64,000 nt of DNA from Dehalococcoidia bacterium. Its GTDB lineage: Bacteria > Chloroflexota > Dehalococcoidia > Bin125. A program made the translations under genes and the position numbers. Below, one piece after another: positions 1 to 9,812 of this stretch (position 1 is its first letter; each line of letters begins with the position of its first letter). The stretch spans positions 2,048,001 to 2,112,000 of the forward strand of contig OY820591.1 in NCBI GenBank assembly GCA_963555985.3, in the 5' to 3' direction. The notes below the pieces were generated by a model. The model did not search any database, was not told the DNA's origin, and saw only the letters and a list, made by a program, of their open reading frames with translations.

Positions 1-1159
1 GAACGTTCGGGAGGCGGCTGCGGCGGCGGGGGTGCGGCGGATCATTTATCTGGGCGGGCTGCAACCGCGCGCGGGCGCTTCGCCGCATCTTGCATCGCGG
101 CTGGAAACGGGCGAGGTCTTGTGTGGAGGGTCTACGCCGGTGACGGAGATTCGGGCGGGGATCGTGGTTGGCCCCGGCTCGGCGGCGTTTGAGGTGATTC
201 GGGATTTGGTCTACCACCTGCCGATCATGGTTGCGCCGCGTTGGGTGCGATCGCGCAGTCAACCGATTGCGCTGGATGATCTGTTGGCGCTGCTGGCCGA
301 TTTGCTTGATTTGGAGGACGGGGGCGAATCGCAGACCTTCGACGCGGTGGGGCCGGAGATTCTGAGTTATGCCGAGTTGCTGCGGCAGTTCGGGCAGGTG
401 GCGGGGCGGCGGGTGCGGATTGTGCCGCTGCCGGTGCTGACGCCGCGGCTGTCGTCGTATTGGCTCGATCTGGTGACTGCGGTGCCTGCGCGGGTGGCGC
501 GGCCTTTGATCGACGGCCTCAAACATGACCTGATCTCGGACGGCGCGAATGCACTGGACGCGCTGATCGATGCGCCGCGACTGACCTATGCGGAGGCGGC
601 GCGGCGGGCGTTGGCGGCGGAAGCGGCGGGCGGGTTGCCGATTCGTTGGACGGAGGGAGCGTTTCAGTACCGCCGGGAGCGGCACGATGTGTCCTGGTAC
701 GACAAGTCAGCGGCTGTGGAGATGGAGACGGCGGCATCGAGCGACGAGGTGTGGCGCGAGCTCAGCGCGATTGGCGGCGGGCGCGGCTGGTACTACTGGA
801 CCTGGTTGTGGCGTTTGCGGGGAGCGATTGATCGAGCGTTGGGCGGCGTGGGGATGCGGCGCGGGCGGCGTCATCCGACCGAGTTGCGGATTGGCGATCC
901 GCTCGATTTCTGGCGCGTGGTCGGGGTTGAACCCGGTCAACGCCTGACGCTGGTGGCGGAGATGAAGTTGCCCGGCTCGGCGGTGTTGGAGCTGGAGACA
1001 GCTGACGCTGAGGCCGGGGCGACGATGCGTCTGCGAGCGCACTTTCATCCGGCGGGGATGTTGGGGTTGTTGTATTGGTATGTGTTGTGGCCGATCCACC
1101 AGGTGATGTTTCGGGGTCTGGCGCGGGCGATCGTGCGGCGAGCGGCGGGCGGGGGGTAG
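1..1159 (+). CDS. YbjT-like NAD(P)-binding SDR/epimerase with C-terminal DUF2867 (SRPBCC-like) domain; 5' end lies outside the window
   Basis: ORF 32..1159 begins mid-domain (RRIIYLGGL..HLASR); C-terminal GDPLDFWRV...LVAEMKLPG..F.PAG..GLLYWY is typical of DUF2867. Confidence 0.85.
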   Translation, partial: NVREAAAAAGVRRIIYLGGLQPRAGASPHLASRLETGEVLCGGSTPVTEIRAGIVVGPGSAAFEVIRDLVYHLPIMVAPRWVRSRSQPIALDDLLALLADLLDLEDGGESQTFDAVGPEILSYAELLRQFGQVAGRRVRIVPLPVLTPRLSSYWLDLVTAVPARVARPLIDGLKHDLISDGANALDALIDAPRLTYAEAARRALAAEAAGGLPIRWTEGAFQYRRERHDVSWYDKSAAVEMETAASSDEVWRELSAIGGGRGWYYWTWLWRLRGAIDRALGGVGMRRGRRHPTELRIGDPLDFWRVVGVEPGQRLTLVAEMKLPGSAVLELETADAEAGATMRLRAHFHPAGMLGLLYWYVLWPIHQVMFRGLARAIVRRAAGGG

Positions 1160-1180
1160 TTGGAGAGGGTTGGGCGTTGG

Positions 1181-1250
1181 GTGCTGGTCACGGCGAGATA
1201 CCCCTGTTCAAGCCAGGGGCAGGCTCCGCGGCGGAGCGCGGGTATGACGG
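1181..1250 (-). repeat. CGTC-type REP palindrome carrying a nested ~24-bp insert
   Basis: gtgctggtcacggcgagata[cccctgttcaagccaggggcaggct]ccgcggcggagcgcgggtatgacgg; same core as the copies at 42.1-43.0 kb. Confidence 0.85.
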
Positions 1251-1374
1251 AACTGTGGGCGGGGGTATGAGGGATGGTGCGGGAGGGGAGAGGAATTGTT
1301 GATCCATGGCAGCGAGCGTGAACGCGATGAGCTCCTGCCGGGGGAGGTCGTATTGCCAGAGGGCCGAGAGGCGT

Positions 1375-1668
1375 TTATGCAGTGAGACCAGCACTCGTGC
1401 CTCCTGCGACCGGCGGGAAGATGTCCAACTCGCTGGTCGGGGCGACGCGGCTTTGCAAACCCTCAATGTGGCGGATGTCGCGGCCGTCGACCATGATTGC
1501 GACGAAGCGGCGGACGGTACCGTCCTCGTCGAAGAGTTGGTCGTGCAGGCCCTCGTATTCGGCGGCGAGGCGTTCGAGGATGCCGGCGACGGTATCGGGC
1601 GGATCGGCCAGATCGACGCTGCGACCGCCGACGAGCGGTCGCAGCGTGGCGTAGAAGCGGATGATCAT
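1375..1668 (-). CDS. MoaD/ThiS ubiquitin-like sulfur carrier with a 7-aa extension after the GG motif
   Basis: RFYATLR...DGRDIR...IFPPVAGG-TSAGLTA; directly downstream of AOR. Confidence 0.9.
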   Translation of the reverse strand: MIIRFYATLRPLVGGRSVDLADPPDTVAGILERLAAEYEGLHDQLFDEDGTVRRFVAIMVDGRDIRHIEGLQSRVAPTSELDIFPPVAGGTSAGLTA

Positions 1669-1685
1669 CTGCTTACCGGCTGGAG

Positions 1686-3548
1686 TTAGGAGATGATCTC
1701 GAGTTCGCGCAGCTTGGCTTCGCCGACGACGCCGTCGTCCCAGCCGCGCGCCTCGTAGTACTGCTCCTTCATCTGGTCGAGTTCGCAGATGTGGCCTTCC
1801 GCCGGTCCGGTCGCCGGTTCGGTGAGGAAGCGGTCGGGCAGGGAGTCGTCGCTGCCGTCGAAGCCAGCCAGGTTGTTGAAGTGGCGCTCGAGGTTGTAGA
1901 TGCGCTCGCCCGCGACCATCACGTCCTCTTCGGACATCGGCAGGCCAACGACGGTCTCGTAGAGCGCGGCGTATTCGGGCGCGCCGACCGCGAAGGCGGA
2001 GAACTTGCAGAGGTCGAGCGAGTCGGAGAAGGCGTGCAGGTCCTGGAAGATCTTGAGCAGCGGACCCTTGCCGTCCCAGTCGAGCGGGTCGGTCTTGACG
2101 GGGATGCCGAGCAGCTCGGAGGCGGGCGTGTAGCCGCGCAGGTGGCAGGCGCCGCGATTCGAGGTCGCGTAGCCCAGGCCCTCGCCCTTGATCCCGCGCG
2201 GGTCGTAAGCGGGGACGGCCTGGCCCTTAACGGCCATCGCGATCTCGGAGTGACCCCAGGCGACGGCGGCCTTGGCCGTGCCCTGACCCAGCGTCTGGCC
2301 GACGGCGGTTGAGCCCATCGCCATCTCTTCGGTCACGCGGACCATACCCGCGCCGTCGCCCCAGTCGAGCGGGGTGTCGACATAGCCGCGCTCGGAAGCT
2401 TCCATGTACATCGAGATCACATTGCCGATCTCGATCGCGTCCATGCCGTAGTCGTTGCACTGGTCGATCACCTTGGCGATCACGGCCGGGTCGTCGTTGC
2501 CGCAGTTCGCGCCCAGCGACCAGGCCGGCTCGTACTCGAACGACTCCATCTTCAGGCCCGCGTGCGGGCCTTCGGTGATCTCGACTTCCTTCTTGCAGGC
2601 GACCGGGCAGGCGTGGCAGGTCGGCTCGGCGGTGAGGAAGTCGTCGCGCATCCGCTCGCCGGAGACCGCATTGGCCGCATCGGGAGTGGTCTGCGTGAGC
2701 TGCGAGTTCTTGGTGCCCAGACCGCCGATCGAGTTGACCGCGTTCATCAGGACGTTCGTCCCGAACGCCGAGAGCGCGCCCGAACCATCCTTGAGGCTGC
2801 CGTCGTCGTTGACCGAGGACGGGGCAGTGACCGGCGATTCCATGATCAGCTTGAGGTGCTGGCCCTGGGCGGCGCGGAATTTCTGTCGCGGTTCGCCCTG
2901 TTCCGGTCGCCAGCGGCCGGCGCGGGTGCCGCGCACGACCACGCACTTGAGGTTCTTCATGCCGGCGACGGCGCCGGTGCCGCCGCGTCCAGCGGCGCGG
3001 TCGTCCTCGTTGAGGAAGGAGGCGAAGAGCACGCCGTTCTCGCCGGCCTGTCCGATGCTCATCACCGAGACGTCGGACCTGTTGCCGCTCTCGGAGCCGA
3101 AATGGGCAACGGTGTCGTGGATGCCTTTGCCCCAGATCTCGGAGGCGTCCTTGATCTCGACCTCACCGTTCTCGACTTCGAGGTAGACCGGGGAGTCGGC
3201 CTTACCGGTGATCAGGAGGGCGTCGAAGCCGGCCCAGCGCAAGCGCGCCGCCGACCAGCCGCCCATGTGCGAGTCGGTGACCGTCCCGGTCAACGGCGAC
3301 TTGGTGACGAACGCCAGGCGTCCGGACATGGTGACCTCGGTCCCGGTCAGCGGGCCGTTGACCAGGGCCAGCATGTTGTCGGGGCTGGTCGGGTCGGTGT
3401 CTGCCCCATTGTCCAGCAGGTACTTGACGCCCAATCCACGCGCGCCGATGTACTTGCGGGCGTCGTCTTCGTTGATGCCTTCGTAGCTGACCGTGCGGTC
3501 GCTCAGATTGATCCGAGCCACGCGATCGGCAAATCCGCCGAGAGCCAT
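1686..3548 (-). CDS. aor: Aldehyde:ferredoxin oxidoreductase (tungstopterin AOR family)
   Basis: Start reassigned to MALGGFADRV (ATG 3548); motifs KSPLTG, AAGRGGTGAVAGMKNLK, CxxCxxxC, EYE, YDPR..KG, SNRGACH. Confidence 0.95.
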   Translation of the reverse strand: MALGGFADRVARINLSDRTVSYEGINEDDARKYIGARGLGVKYLLDNGADTDPTSPDNMLALVNGPLTGTEVTMSGRLAFVTKSPLTGTVTDSHMGGWSAARLRWAGFDALLITGKADSPVYLEVENGEVEIKDASEIWGKGIHDTVAHFGSESGNRSDVSVMSIGQAGENGVLFASFLNEDDRAAGRGGTGAVAGMKNLKCVVVRGTRAGRWRPEQGEPRQKFRAAQGQHLKLIMESPVTAPSSVNDDGSLKDGSGALSAFGTNVLMNAVNSIGGLGTKNSQLTQTTPDAANAVSGERMRDDFLTAEPTCHACPVACKKEVEITEGPHAGLKMESFEYEPAWSLGANCGNDDPAVIAKVIDQCNDYGMDAIEIGNVISMYMEASERGYVDTPLDWGDGAGMVRVTEEMAMGSTAVGQTLGQGTAKAAVAWGHSEIAMAVKGQAVPAYDPRGIKGEGLGYATSNRGACHLRGYTPASELLGIPVKTDPLDWDGKGPLLKIFQDLHAFSDSLDLCKFSAFAVGAPEYAALYETVVGLPMSEEDVMVAGERIYNLERHFNNLAGFDGSDDSLPDRFLTEPATGPAEGHICELDQMKEQYYEARGWDDGVVGEAKLRELEIIS

Positions 3549-3650
3549 GATTGTTCCCCTTCGCCAACGCTCTGGTATGCGCGACAAGGGTAGCGGATCG
3601 CAAGCGAGGAACGCCCGCAGCGAATAGAATGGTCTTCGAGAGAGACTGGA

Positions 3651-4214
3651 ATGACGACGACTGCCACAACCATCGCGCTGCCACGCGCACCCGACCTGTC
3701 GAGGGCCGAGTTCGAGTTCGAGCACTCCAGAAACGAAGCGGTTCGCTCGGCCAATCGAGAACTCATTCGCGAGCGCTTTCCGCGTCACTGGACAGTGGTG
3801 TACGAGGGTGGACACCTAGCGGCGTTCGACGATCCACAGGAGTTTCTCGCATTTCTCAGACGTTTGGGCCCATTCGCCGGAGACAGCGCTTCCGCTAGAC
3901 CACCGTGGTCCTTGGCCGACGATTCATCTCGATCTAGGAAGGCCAGTGAACTGTCAGAACAATCCAGGCGCGAATGGGAGCGTAATCGCGCCTTCTGGAA
4001 CGCACACCACAAGCAGTTGGTGTCTGACCATCCGCACGAGTGGATAGTCGTCTACGGCGGAGGCAATGTCGCAACCGCAGCCGACCAACGTGAATTGTGG
4101 GTACTCCAGCACGGCTGTGATCAGGCGACCTGGGACGTCAGCCTGCGATCATCTCCGCGAAAGCCGCTCTATCGCTGGATGCCGCGACAGCCAGATCGCT
4201 CAACCAGCAAGTGA
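3651..4214 (+). CDS. Protein with two tandem DUF5678-like domains
   Basis: Two related segments RNEAVRSANRELIRERFPRHWTVVYEGG and RNRAFWNAHHKQLVSDHPHEWIVVYGGG; stop overlaps the next start (GTGA). Confidence 0.65.
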   Translation: MTTTATTIALPRAPDLSRAEFEFEHSRNEAVRSANRELIRERFPRHWTVVYEGGHLAAFDDPQEFLAFLRRLGPFAGDSASARPPWSLADDSSRSRKASELSEQSRREWERNRAFWNAHHKQLVSDHPHEWIVVYGGGNVATAADQRELWVLQHGCDQATWDVSLRSSPRKPLYRWMPRQPDRSTSK

Positions 4215-4699
4215 CCAGAATCGTCAACGGTTGGTTGCAGGCGGAAGATCGTTTGATCTCACATCAAATCCTGGACGATCTGGCACCATTCGTCTCTTGC
4301 CGGGTCGCCGTCGGCGACGACGAATTCGATGTCGATTTCCTCATTGACTCGGGATCCGATGCGACTACTCTCATGCTAGAGGATGCTTACCGACTGCTGA
4401 GTGACCGATTCTTTGAGTTGCCGTTCGCTCAAGACGGATCAGGAATCGACATCCACGGCGTCGGCGGCAGTTATCGGGCGCTTCCGTTCGATGCCACACT
4501 CATCCTGAAAGACCAGTACGACGATCCGATCTTGCTCCGCCAGATCATCTGGATCGCCGAGCCGACTCCGAGCGAACCGTCGATCAGCGGCAACTGGGAA
4601 ATTCCCTCCATCTTCGGTCGTGACGCCATCCGACCTGGCGACTTCGAACTGAGCTACATCAAAGGAACCGCCACCCTCATCCGCCCCGACGACGAGTAG
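4211..4699 (+). CDS. Retropepsin-like (clan AA) aspartyl protease
   Basis: FLIDSGS catalytic motif, IHGVGG flap, SIFGRDAI C-terminal motif; 162 aa. Confidence 0.85.
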   Translation: MTRIVNGWLQAEDRLISHQILDDLAPFVSCRVAVGDDEFDVDFLIDSGSDATTLMLEDAYRLLSDRFFELPFAQDGSGIDIHGVGGSYRALPFDATLILKDQYDDPILLRQIIWIAEPTPSEPSISGNWEIPSIFGRDAIRPGDFELSYIKGTATLIRPDDE

Positions 4700-4702
4700 T
4701 CC

Positions 4703-6340
4703 TCACGGGCGCATTCCGTAGCGGACTCTGATTCCCAGCTGGCTCGGCAACTGGGTCTCGTAGGCCAACTGGAGCCACTCGGCCAGCATTGGGCGGGTGG
4801 CTCGTGGATCGACGATGTCTTCGACTGCGAAGGCTTCGGCGGCGGCAAACGGGTCTCGCAAGGCGATCAGGCGCTCTTCGATTGCGTTGCGATGGGCAAT
4901 CGGGTCGTCCGCGGCTTCGATTTCGCGGCGGTAAGCAGCCGCTACGCCTCCCTCGATTGGGAGCGACCCCCATTCGCCCGAGGGCCAGGCGAAGCGGTAG
5001 CAGAAGCGGCTGAAGTCCTGGTGCGCGCCGCCCGCGACACCGTAGAGCCGACGCACGACCACAGTCGCCCAGGGCACTTGCGAGTCGTTGATCGCGGCGG
5101 CGGCGCGGACGCCCGCCCGCAGGGTGCCGGCCGATTCTCCGGGACGTCCGATCAGGAATCCGGGTTGATCGGCAAAGTTGACGATCGGCAGATGGAAGAC
5201 GTCGCAGAGGTCGACGAACTTCTCGAACTTGCGCGCCTCCTTGGCGCCCATCGCGCCGCCGTAGTGCATCGGATCATTGGCGAGCACGCCGATGGGCATA
5301 CCGCCGATGCGGGCGAAGGCGGTGACCTGGGAGCGTCCGTAGTAGCGGGCCATTTCGAAGAATGAGCCCTGATCGACGACCAGTTCGACCATGCGGCGGG
5401 TGTTGTAGCCGCGGTTGCGGTAACGCGGGATGATCGAGGCCAACTGCTCTTCGCGGCGATCGATCGGATCCTCGCACTCGATCACCGGCGGCAACTGGTG
5501 AACATTACTGGGCAGGTAGGAGAGGAAGCGGCGGATCTGTCGGAGTGCGTCGGCTTCGTCGGCGGCGTCGTTATCGACGACGCCGCTGTTGCGAGCGTGA
5601 ACCTCGTAGCCGCCCAGTTCTTCTTTGGTCAGCTTCTCGCCCATCGATCGGGCGACGAGCGGCGGTCCGCCGGCGAAGACCTGGGAGCTACCGCGCACCA
5701 TCACCGAAAAGTGGGAGGCCGGCACTTCCGCCGCCGGCAACCCCGCCACTGATCCCAGCGCGGCGGACACGACCGGCACTTCGGCCAGCAGCTTGCCCCA
5801 GCGCTGGGGCCAGTACAACTCGGGCAGGTAGGTGCGACCCATCTCGGCGGTGGCGCGGATGTCCGCGCCGAAGCCGTCGATCAGGCGGATCATCGGAACC
5901 TTCAGTTCCTGCGCGATCGCCTCGATCTGGCCTGACTTGTCGCCGCCGCTGTGGACTCGGATCTTGCCGCCCTTCTCGCGCTCGGCGAGGGAGCCGCTGC
6001 GGGGACGGGCGGTGAAGTCTCCGCCCGAGACCGCAACGGGGCGTCCGTCGATCTTGGCAGTGCCGATCACCGTGCCGGAGGGGTGAAAGCCGACCAACTC
6101 GCCATCGTCGTCGTAGTAGCCGGCACCGGCGAGCACGCCGCGTTCGCGGAACGAACCCTCGTCGGTGAGCAGATCGATCCGCTCGCGCACGGTCAGATTG
6201 CCGCGGTCGTGCTGCTCCTGGACCCGATCGGGGCCGCCCATTTCGCGCGCCAGCTCGCGGCGACGGTCGATCTGCTCGATTTCCGCTTGCCAGATGGCAG
6301 CGCCAGTTTCGTCCTCGTCGCGGCTGTGCTTGCGTGGCAT
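4703..6340 (-). CDS. Acyl-CoA carboxylase carboxyltransferase subunit (PccB/MccB-like)
   Basis: EMGGPDRV..QHDRGNLTVRERI, AGGPPLV, KEELGG, FADQPGFLIG; start at MPRKHS. Confidence 0.9.
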   Translation of the reverse strand: MPRKHSRDEDETGAAIWQAEIEQIDRRRELAREMGGPDRVQEQHDRGNLTVRERIDLLTDEGSFRERGVLAGAGYYDDDGELVGFHPSGTVIGTAKIDGRPVAVSGGDFTARPRSGSLAEREKGGKIRVHSGGDKSGQIEAIAQELKVPMIRLIDGFGADIRATAEMGRTYLPELYWPQRWGKLLAEVPVVSAALGSVAGLPAAEVPASHFSVMVRGSSQVFAGGPPLVARSMGEKLTKEELGGYEVHARNSGVVDNDAADEADALRQIRRFLSYLPSNVHQLPPVIECEDPIDRREEQLASIIPRYRNRGYNTRRMVELVVDQGSFFEMARYYGRSQVTAFARIGGMPIGVLANDPMHYGGAMGAKEARKFEKFVDLCDVFHLPIVNFADQPGFLIGRPGESAGTLRAGVRAAAAINDSQVPWATVVVRRLYGVAGGAHQDFSRFCYRFAWPSGEWGSLPIEGGVAAAYRREIEAADDPIAHRNAIEERLIALRDPFAAAEAFAVEDIVDPRATRPMLAEWLQLAYETQLPSQLGIRVRYGMRP

Positions 6341-6347
6341 GGTGTTC

Positions 6348-7379
6348 TCATCCGCCCTGACACATGGCCGCCAGATCACGGGCCGTATCTCTGGAGACAT
6401 CAGTACAGACCAACGGGAAGACTTCCGTCCCGTGGATCGTGCCCATCACCTGGCGGCAACGCGCGGGTACGCCGGAATCGAGCAGCAGGCGGTAGAAGGC
6501 GATGCCCTCATCGCGGAGCGGATCACACTCGTTCACCGAGATCGTGGTCGGGGGCAGCCCAATCACATCCTCGCCCGAAGCGAAGAGCGGCCAGGCGAGC
6601 GGGTCTTCGGCTTCAAAGGCGTCCCAGCCGTAACCCATCGCGCCCGTGTTGTGGTGCAGGTCGAGCAGGATGCCGTTGTTCTCGGTCGAGGAGGGCAGAT
6701 CGTCGCGGGGCCAGCTGCCGGCGATGTAGGGGCAGAGCGCGTAGAGACCCTGGACAACGCCGATGTCGCCGTCGCGCAAGAGCTTCATGCCGGTGGCGAG
6801 GGTTAGGTTTCCACCGCCGCTCTCGCCCGCAATGATGATCCGCGACGCATCGATCCCCAGCGCATCGGCGTTTGCAGCAACCCACTTCACGCCCGAAACG
6901 CAGTCGTTTAGGCCGCCCGGGTAGGGCACGACTTCGGGCGCGGAGGAAGCGACGACGCAGTTGCGGAAGTCCACCATCGCCACCGCTACGCCGTTCTGCG
7001 CAATGATCCGGCCCCAAGCCTTGTAGTTCGGATCGTAGGCCGACATCTGCGCCATGCCGCCGCCGTGGATGTAGTAGACGCAGGGCAGCGGCCCATCCGA
7101 CTCGGGGCGGATGTACTGGATCTTGATCGTGTTCCCGTCGGGTTCGGAGGTGAACTCTTCAGTCGTGATCGTGAGCCCATCAGAGGGCGCGACCTCTTCG
7201 GTGTCGCACATCGCCAGAAATGCGGTCAAGCCCTCGATCTGCGCGCGCGCTTCGGGCGAGTTGGCGCGTTCGATCACCTCCTCGCGGCTGGCCGCATCGA
7301 GCGAGCCAACCGACTCGAAGCCGCCGAACACGGCCTTGATCCGCGGGTCGATTCTGGGATCTTCGGAGAGTTTGGTCAT
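6348..7379 (-). CDS. HSL-family alpha/beta hydrolase (esterase/lipase)
   Basis: HGGG oxyanion motif, GESGG nucleophile elbow, DPLRDEG, HG. Confidence 0.9.
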   Translation of the reverse strand: MTKLSEDPRIDPRIKAVFGGFESVGSLDAASREEVIERANSPEARAQIEGLTAFLAMCDTEEVAPSDGLTITTEEFTSEPDGNTIKIQYIRPESDGPLPCVYYIHGGGMAQMSAYDPNYKAWGRIIAQNGVAVAMVDFRNCVVASSAPEVVPYPGGLNDCVSGVKWVAANADALGIDASRIIIAGESGGGNLTLATGMKLLRDGDIGVVQGLYALCPYIAGSWPRDDLPSSTENNGILLDLHHNTGAMGYGWDAFEAEDPLAWPLFASGEDVIGLPPTTISVNECDPLRDEGIAFYRLLLDSGVPARCRQVMGTIHGTEVFPLVCTDVSRDTARDLAAMCQGG

Positions 7380-7568
7380 GGCGGGTGCCTTTGCCGGCTG
7401 CAAGATCGCTGTCGGCGGCAGTCTATCCGCTCCACGTTCCGGCGAACTTCCCGATGCAGACTATGCCGAGTTCCGGATGGTTCTTGGGAGGATTGTGTAC
7501 CTGCGCGGTCAATGCTTCATCATGTCGCTGGAAGAGAACAGCGGCACGCAGTCGAAGGAGAGACGATC

Positions 7569-8969
7569 ATGGACGCCAATGAATTGGCCTTTGCCACGAT
7601 CGAGGAACTCGCACCGCAAGTGGCAGCCGGCGAATTGTCGCCAGTAGAGCTGACCGAGGCGCAGCTGGCCCGGATTGCCGCTGCGGACGGACGCTTGAAG
7701 AGCTACGCGACCGTGATGGCAGAATCGGCGCTGGCTGAGGCGCGGCGCGCGCAGGAAGAGATCGCGGCCGGCGACTATCGGGGGCCGCTGCACGGGATTC
7801 CGATTGCGGTCAAAGACCTCTGCTACACGACCGGGACACGGACGATGGGCGGGACGAAGGTGCTGGAAGACTTCGTGCCGGAGTTCGATTCGACTGTCGT
7901 CACCCGCCTGCGCGAAGCCGGTGCGGTACTGCTGGGCAAGCTCAATCTGACCGAGGGCGCGATGGCCGGCTACAACCGCGCACGGCAGGTGCCCGTCAAT
8001 CCTTGGGCGGCTGATCGCTGGACGGGCGTGTCTTCGAGCGGCTCAGGCGTGGCGACGGCGGCGGGGCTTTGTTATGCGTCTTTGGGTAGCGATACCGGCG
8101 GCTCGATTCGATCGCCCTCCGCGTCGTGTGGAATCGTCGGACTCAAACCCACATGGGGACGTGTCAGCCGCTACGGCGTGCTCGACCTCGCGCAGTCGCT
8201 CGACCACGTTGGTCCGATGTGCCGCTCGACTTGGGATTGCGCGGTCGTGCTTGAGGCGATGGCGGGCGACGATCCCAACGATCCAACGACCTTGCCCGAG
8301 CCAGCCCCGGCCATGCTCGACGGGATCGACACCGGCGTCGCCAGCCTGCGGATCGGATACGACCAGCGCTACGCGTCGGAGGATGTGATTCCGCCGGTCG
8401 CGGAGGCGGTCGCCGCATCGGTCGAGACGCTGGCGGCGTTAGGCGCGGAGATCGTCGAGGTCGAGCTGCCCGATGTTCGTCCCTACATGGCGGATTGGCC
8501 CACGCTCTGCTCGGTTGAGGCGCTCTTTGCGCATCTGGAGCATTACCCCAGCCGAGCCGACGACTACGGAGCCTGGTTCGGAGCCTGGCTGGAGCGGGGC
8601 GCGTCGGTGAGCGCAGTCGAGTACGCCGCCGCCTGCATTCGCCGCGAAGAGCTACGTGGCCTGCTCGCACGCGCCTTCGAGGGCATCGATATGCTCGCTT
8701 GTCCGGCCCAGGGAGGCCTGCCGCATCGGGTGACCGAGGACATGATGTACGACGACACGCCGGGCGACTTCGATCCGGTGCGCTTGCAGTACACCGCGCC
8801 TTGGGACATGAATCGCGCGCCCTCGCTGACCCTGCCCAACGGTTGGAGCGAACAAGGCCTGCCGATTGCCTTGCAGCTGGTCGGTCCGCTGGGCAGCGAG
8901 GCGGCGCTCTGCCGCGCGGGGTACGCCTATGAGCAAGCGACCGACTTCATGCGCCACCCGGAGCTCTGA
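7569..8969 (+). CDS. Amidase-signature family amidase
   Basis: GPLHGIPIAVKD, SSSGSG, GSDTGGSIR; aaggag RBS before ATG 7569. Confidence 0.92.
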   Translation: MDANELAFATIEELAPQVAAGELSPVELTEAQLARIAAADGRLKSYATVMAESALAEARRAQEEIAAGDYRGPLHGIPIAVKDLCYTTGTRTMGGTKVLEDFVPEFDSTVVTRLREAGAVLLGKLNLTEGAMAGYNRARQVPVNPWAADRWTGVSSSGSGVATAAGLCYASLGSDTGGSIRSPSASCGIVGLKPTWGRVSRYGVLDLAQSLDHVGPMCRSTWDCAVVLEAMAGDDPNDPTTLPEPAPAMLDGIDTGVASLRIGYDQRYASEDVIPPVAEAVAASVETLAALGAEIVEVELPDVRPYMADWPTLCSVEALFAHLEHYPSRADDYGAWFGAWLERGASVSAVEYAAACIRREELRGLLARAFEGIDMLACPAQGGLPHRVTEDMMYDDTPGDFDPVRLQYTAPWDMNRAPSLTLPNGWSEQGLPIALQLVGPLGSEAALCRAGYAYEQATDFMRHPEL

Positions 8970-8987
8970 TTCCCTCGCCGCACGCGG

Positions 8988-9812
8988 CTAGTAGTCCGTC
9001 GCTTCACCGCGCGCCTGCTGCGCCTTGCGTTCGTTCATGAAGTCGCGCATCGAGCCTCGGCTGTCCGCCGGCGGCGGAGCCATGCGCAGCCATGAGTTGA
9101 GACTCGTCGTGTAGCGGAACTGCGCCCCCCAGCCGAGCATGTCCGCCTGCGTGTGCCACATCTCCTTCTTGGTCAACAGACTCGCCAGCGGCGCCTCCGC
9201 GACACTCTCAGCCATCGCGCGAACGGTCTCGTCGAGTTCGTCGGCTGGCACGCTGCGCGTGACCAGACCCCACTCCTCCGCCTCCTTGCCCGACAGCACC
9301 CGCCCGGTAAACAGCATGTCGTTGGCCCGCCGTGGACCCACGAGATAACTCCAGAATGGGATCGAACTCGCACCGCCCATGCGCATGAACGGCTCGCCAA
9401 TCTTGGCATCGTCCGCCGCCACTACGAGATCACAGAGCATCGAGATGTACATCCCGCCCGCGAGCGCGTGCCCGTGGATCTGCGCGATGATCACCTTCGG
9501 GTTGTCCCAGATCGCCTCGTAGATCCCGCGCATGATCCGCTGGTGCTTGTGCCCGCTGACGATGTTCCAGTCACTCTCACCCTCGGGCGGATTGATGTAC
9601 GGGCTGCCGTCGATGTCGTAGCCCGCGCTAAACGCTGGACCGTTCGCTCGCAAGATCGCCACCTTCAGACTGTCATCCTCCGCGACCAGGTTGAGCGCAT
9701 CGAGCAGGTCGCCAAGCAGGTCGTGGTTGAGCGCGTTGCGTTTCTCCGGCCGGTCCATCGTGATCGTCGCAACGGGTCCCTGGATCTCGAACTGGATCGC
9801 GGTATAGGTCAT
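8988..9812 (-). CDS. Enoyl-CoA hydratase/isomerase family protein
   Basis: RPEKRNAL, FSAGYD, HGHALAGG, EAEEWGLV. Confidence 0.9.
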   Translation of the reverse strand: MTYTAIQFEIQGPVATITMDRPEKRNALNHDLLGDLLDALNLVAEDDSLKVAILRANGPAFSAGYDIDGSPYINPPEGESDWNIVSGHKHQRIMRGIYEAIWDNPKVIIAQIHGHALAGGMYISMLCDLVVAADDAKIGEPFMRMGGASSIPFWSYLVGPRRANDMLFTGRVLSGKEAEEWGLVTRSVPADELDETVRAMAESVAEAPLASLLTKKEMWHTQADMLGWGAQFRYTTSLNSWLRMAPPPADSRGSMRDFMNERKAQQARGEATDY

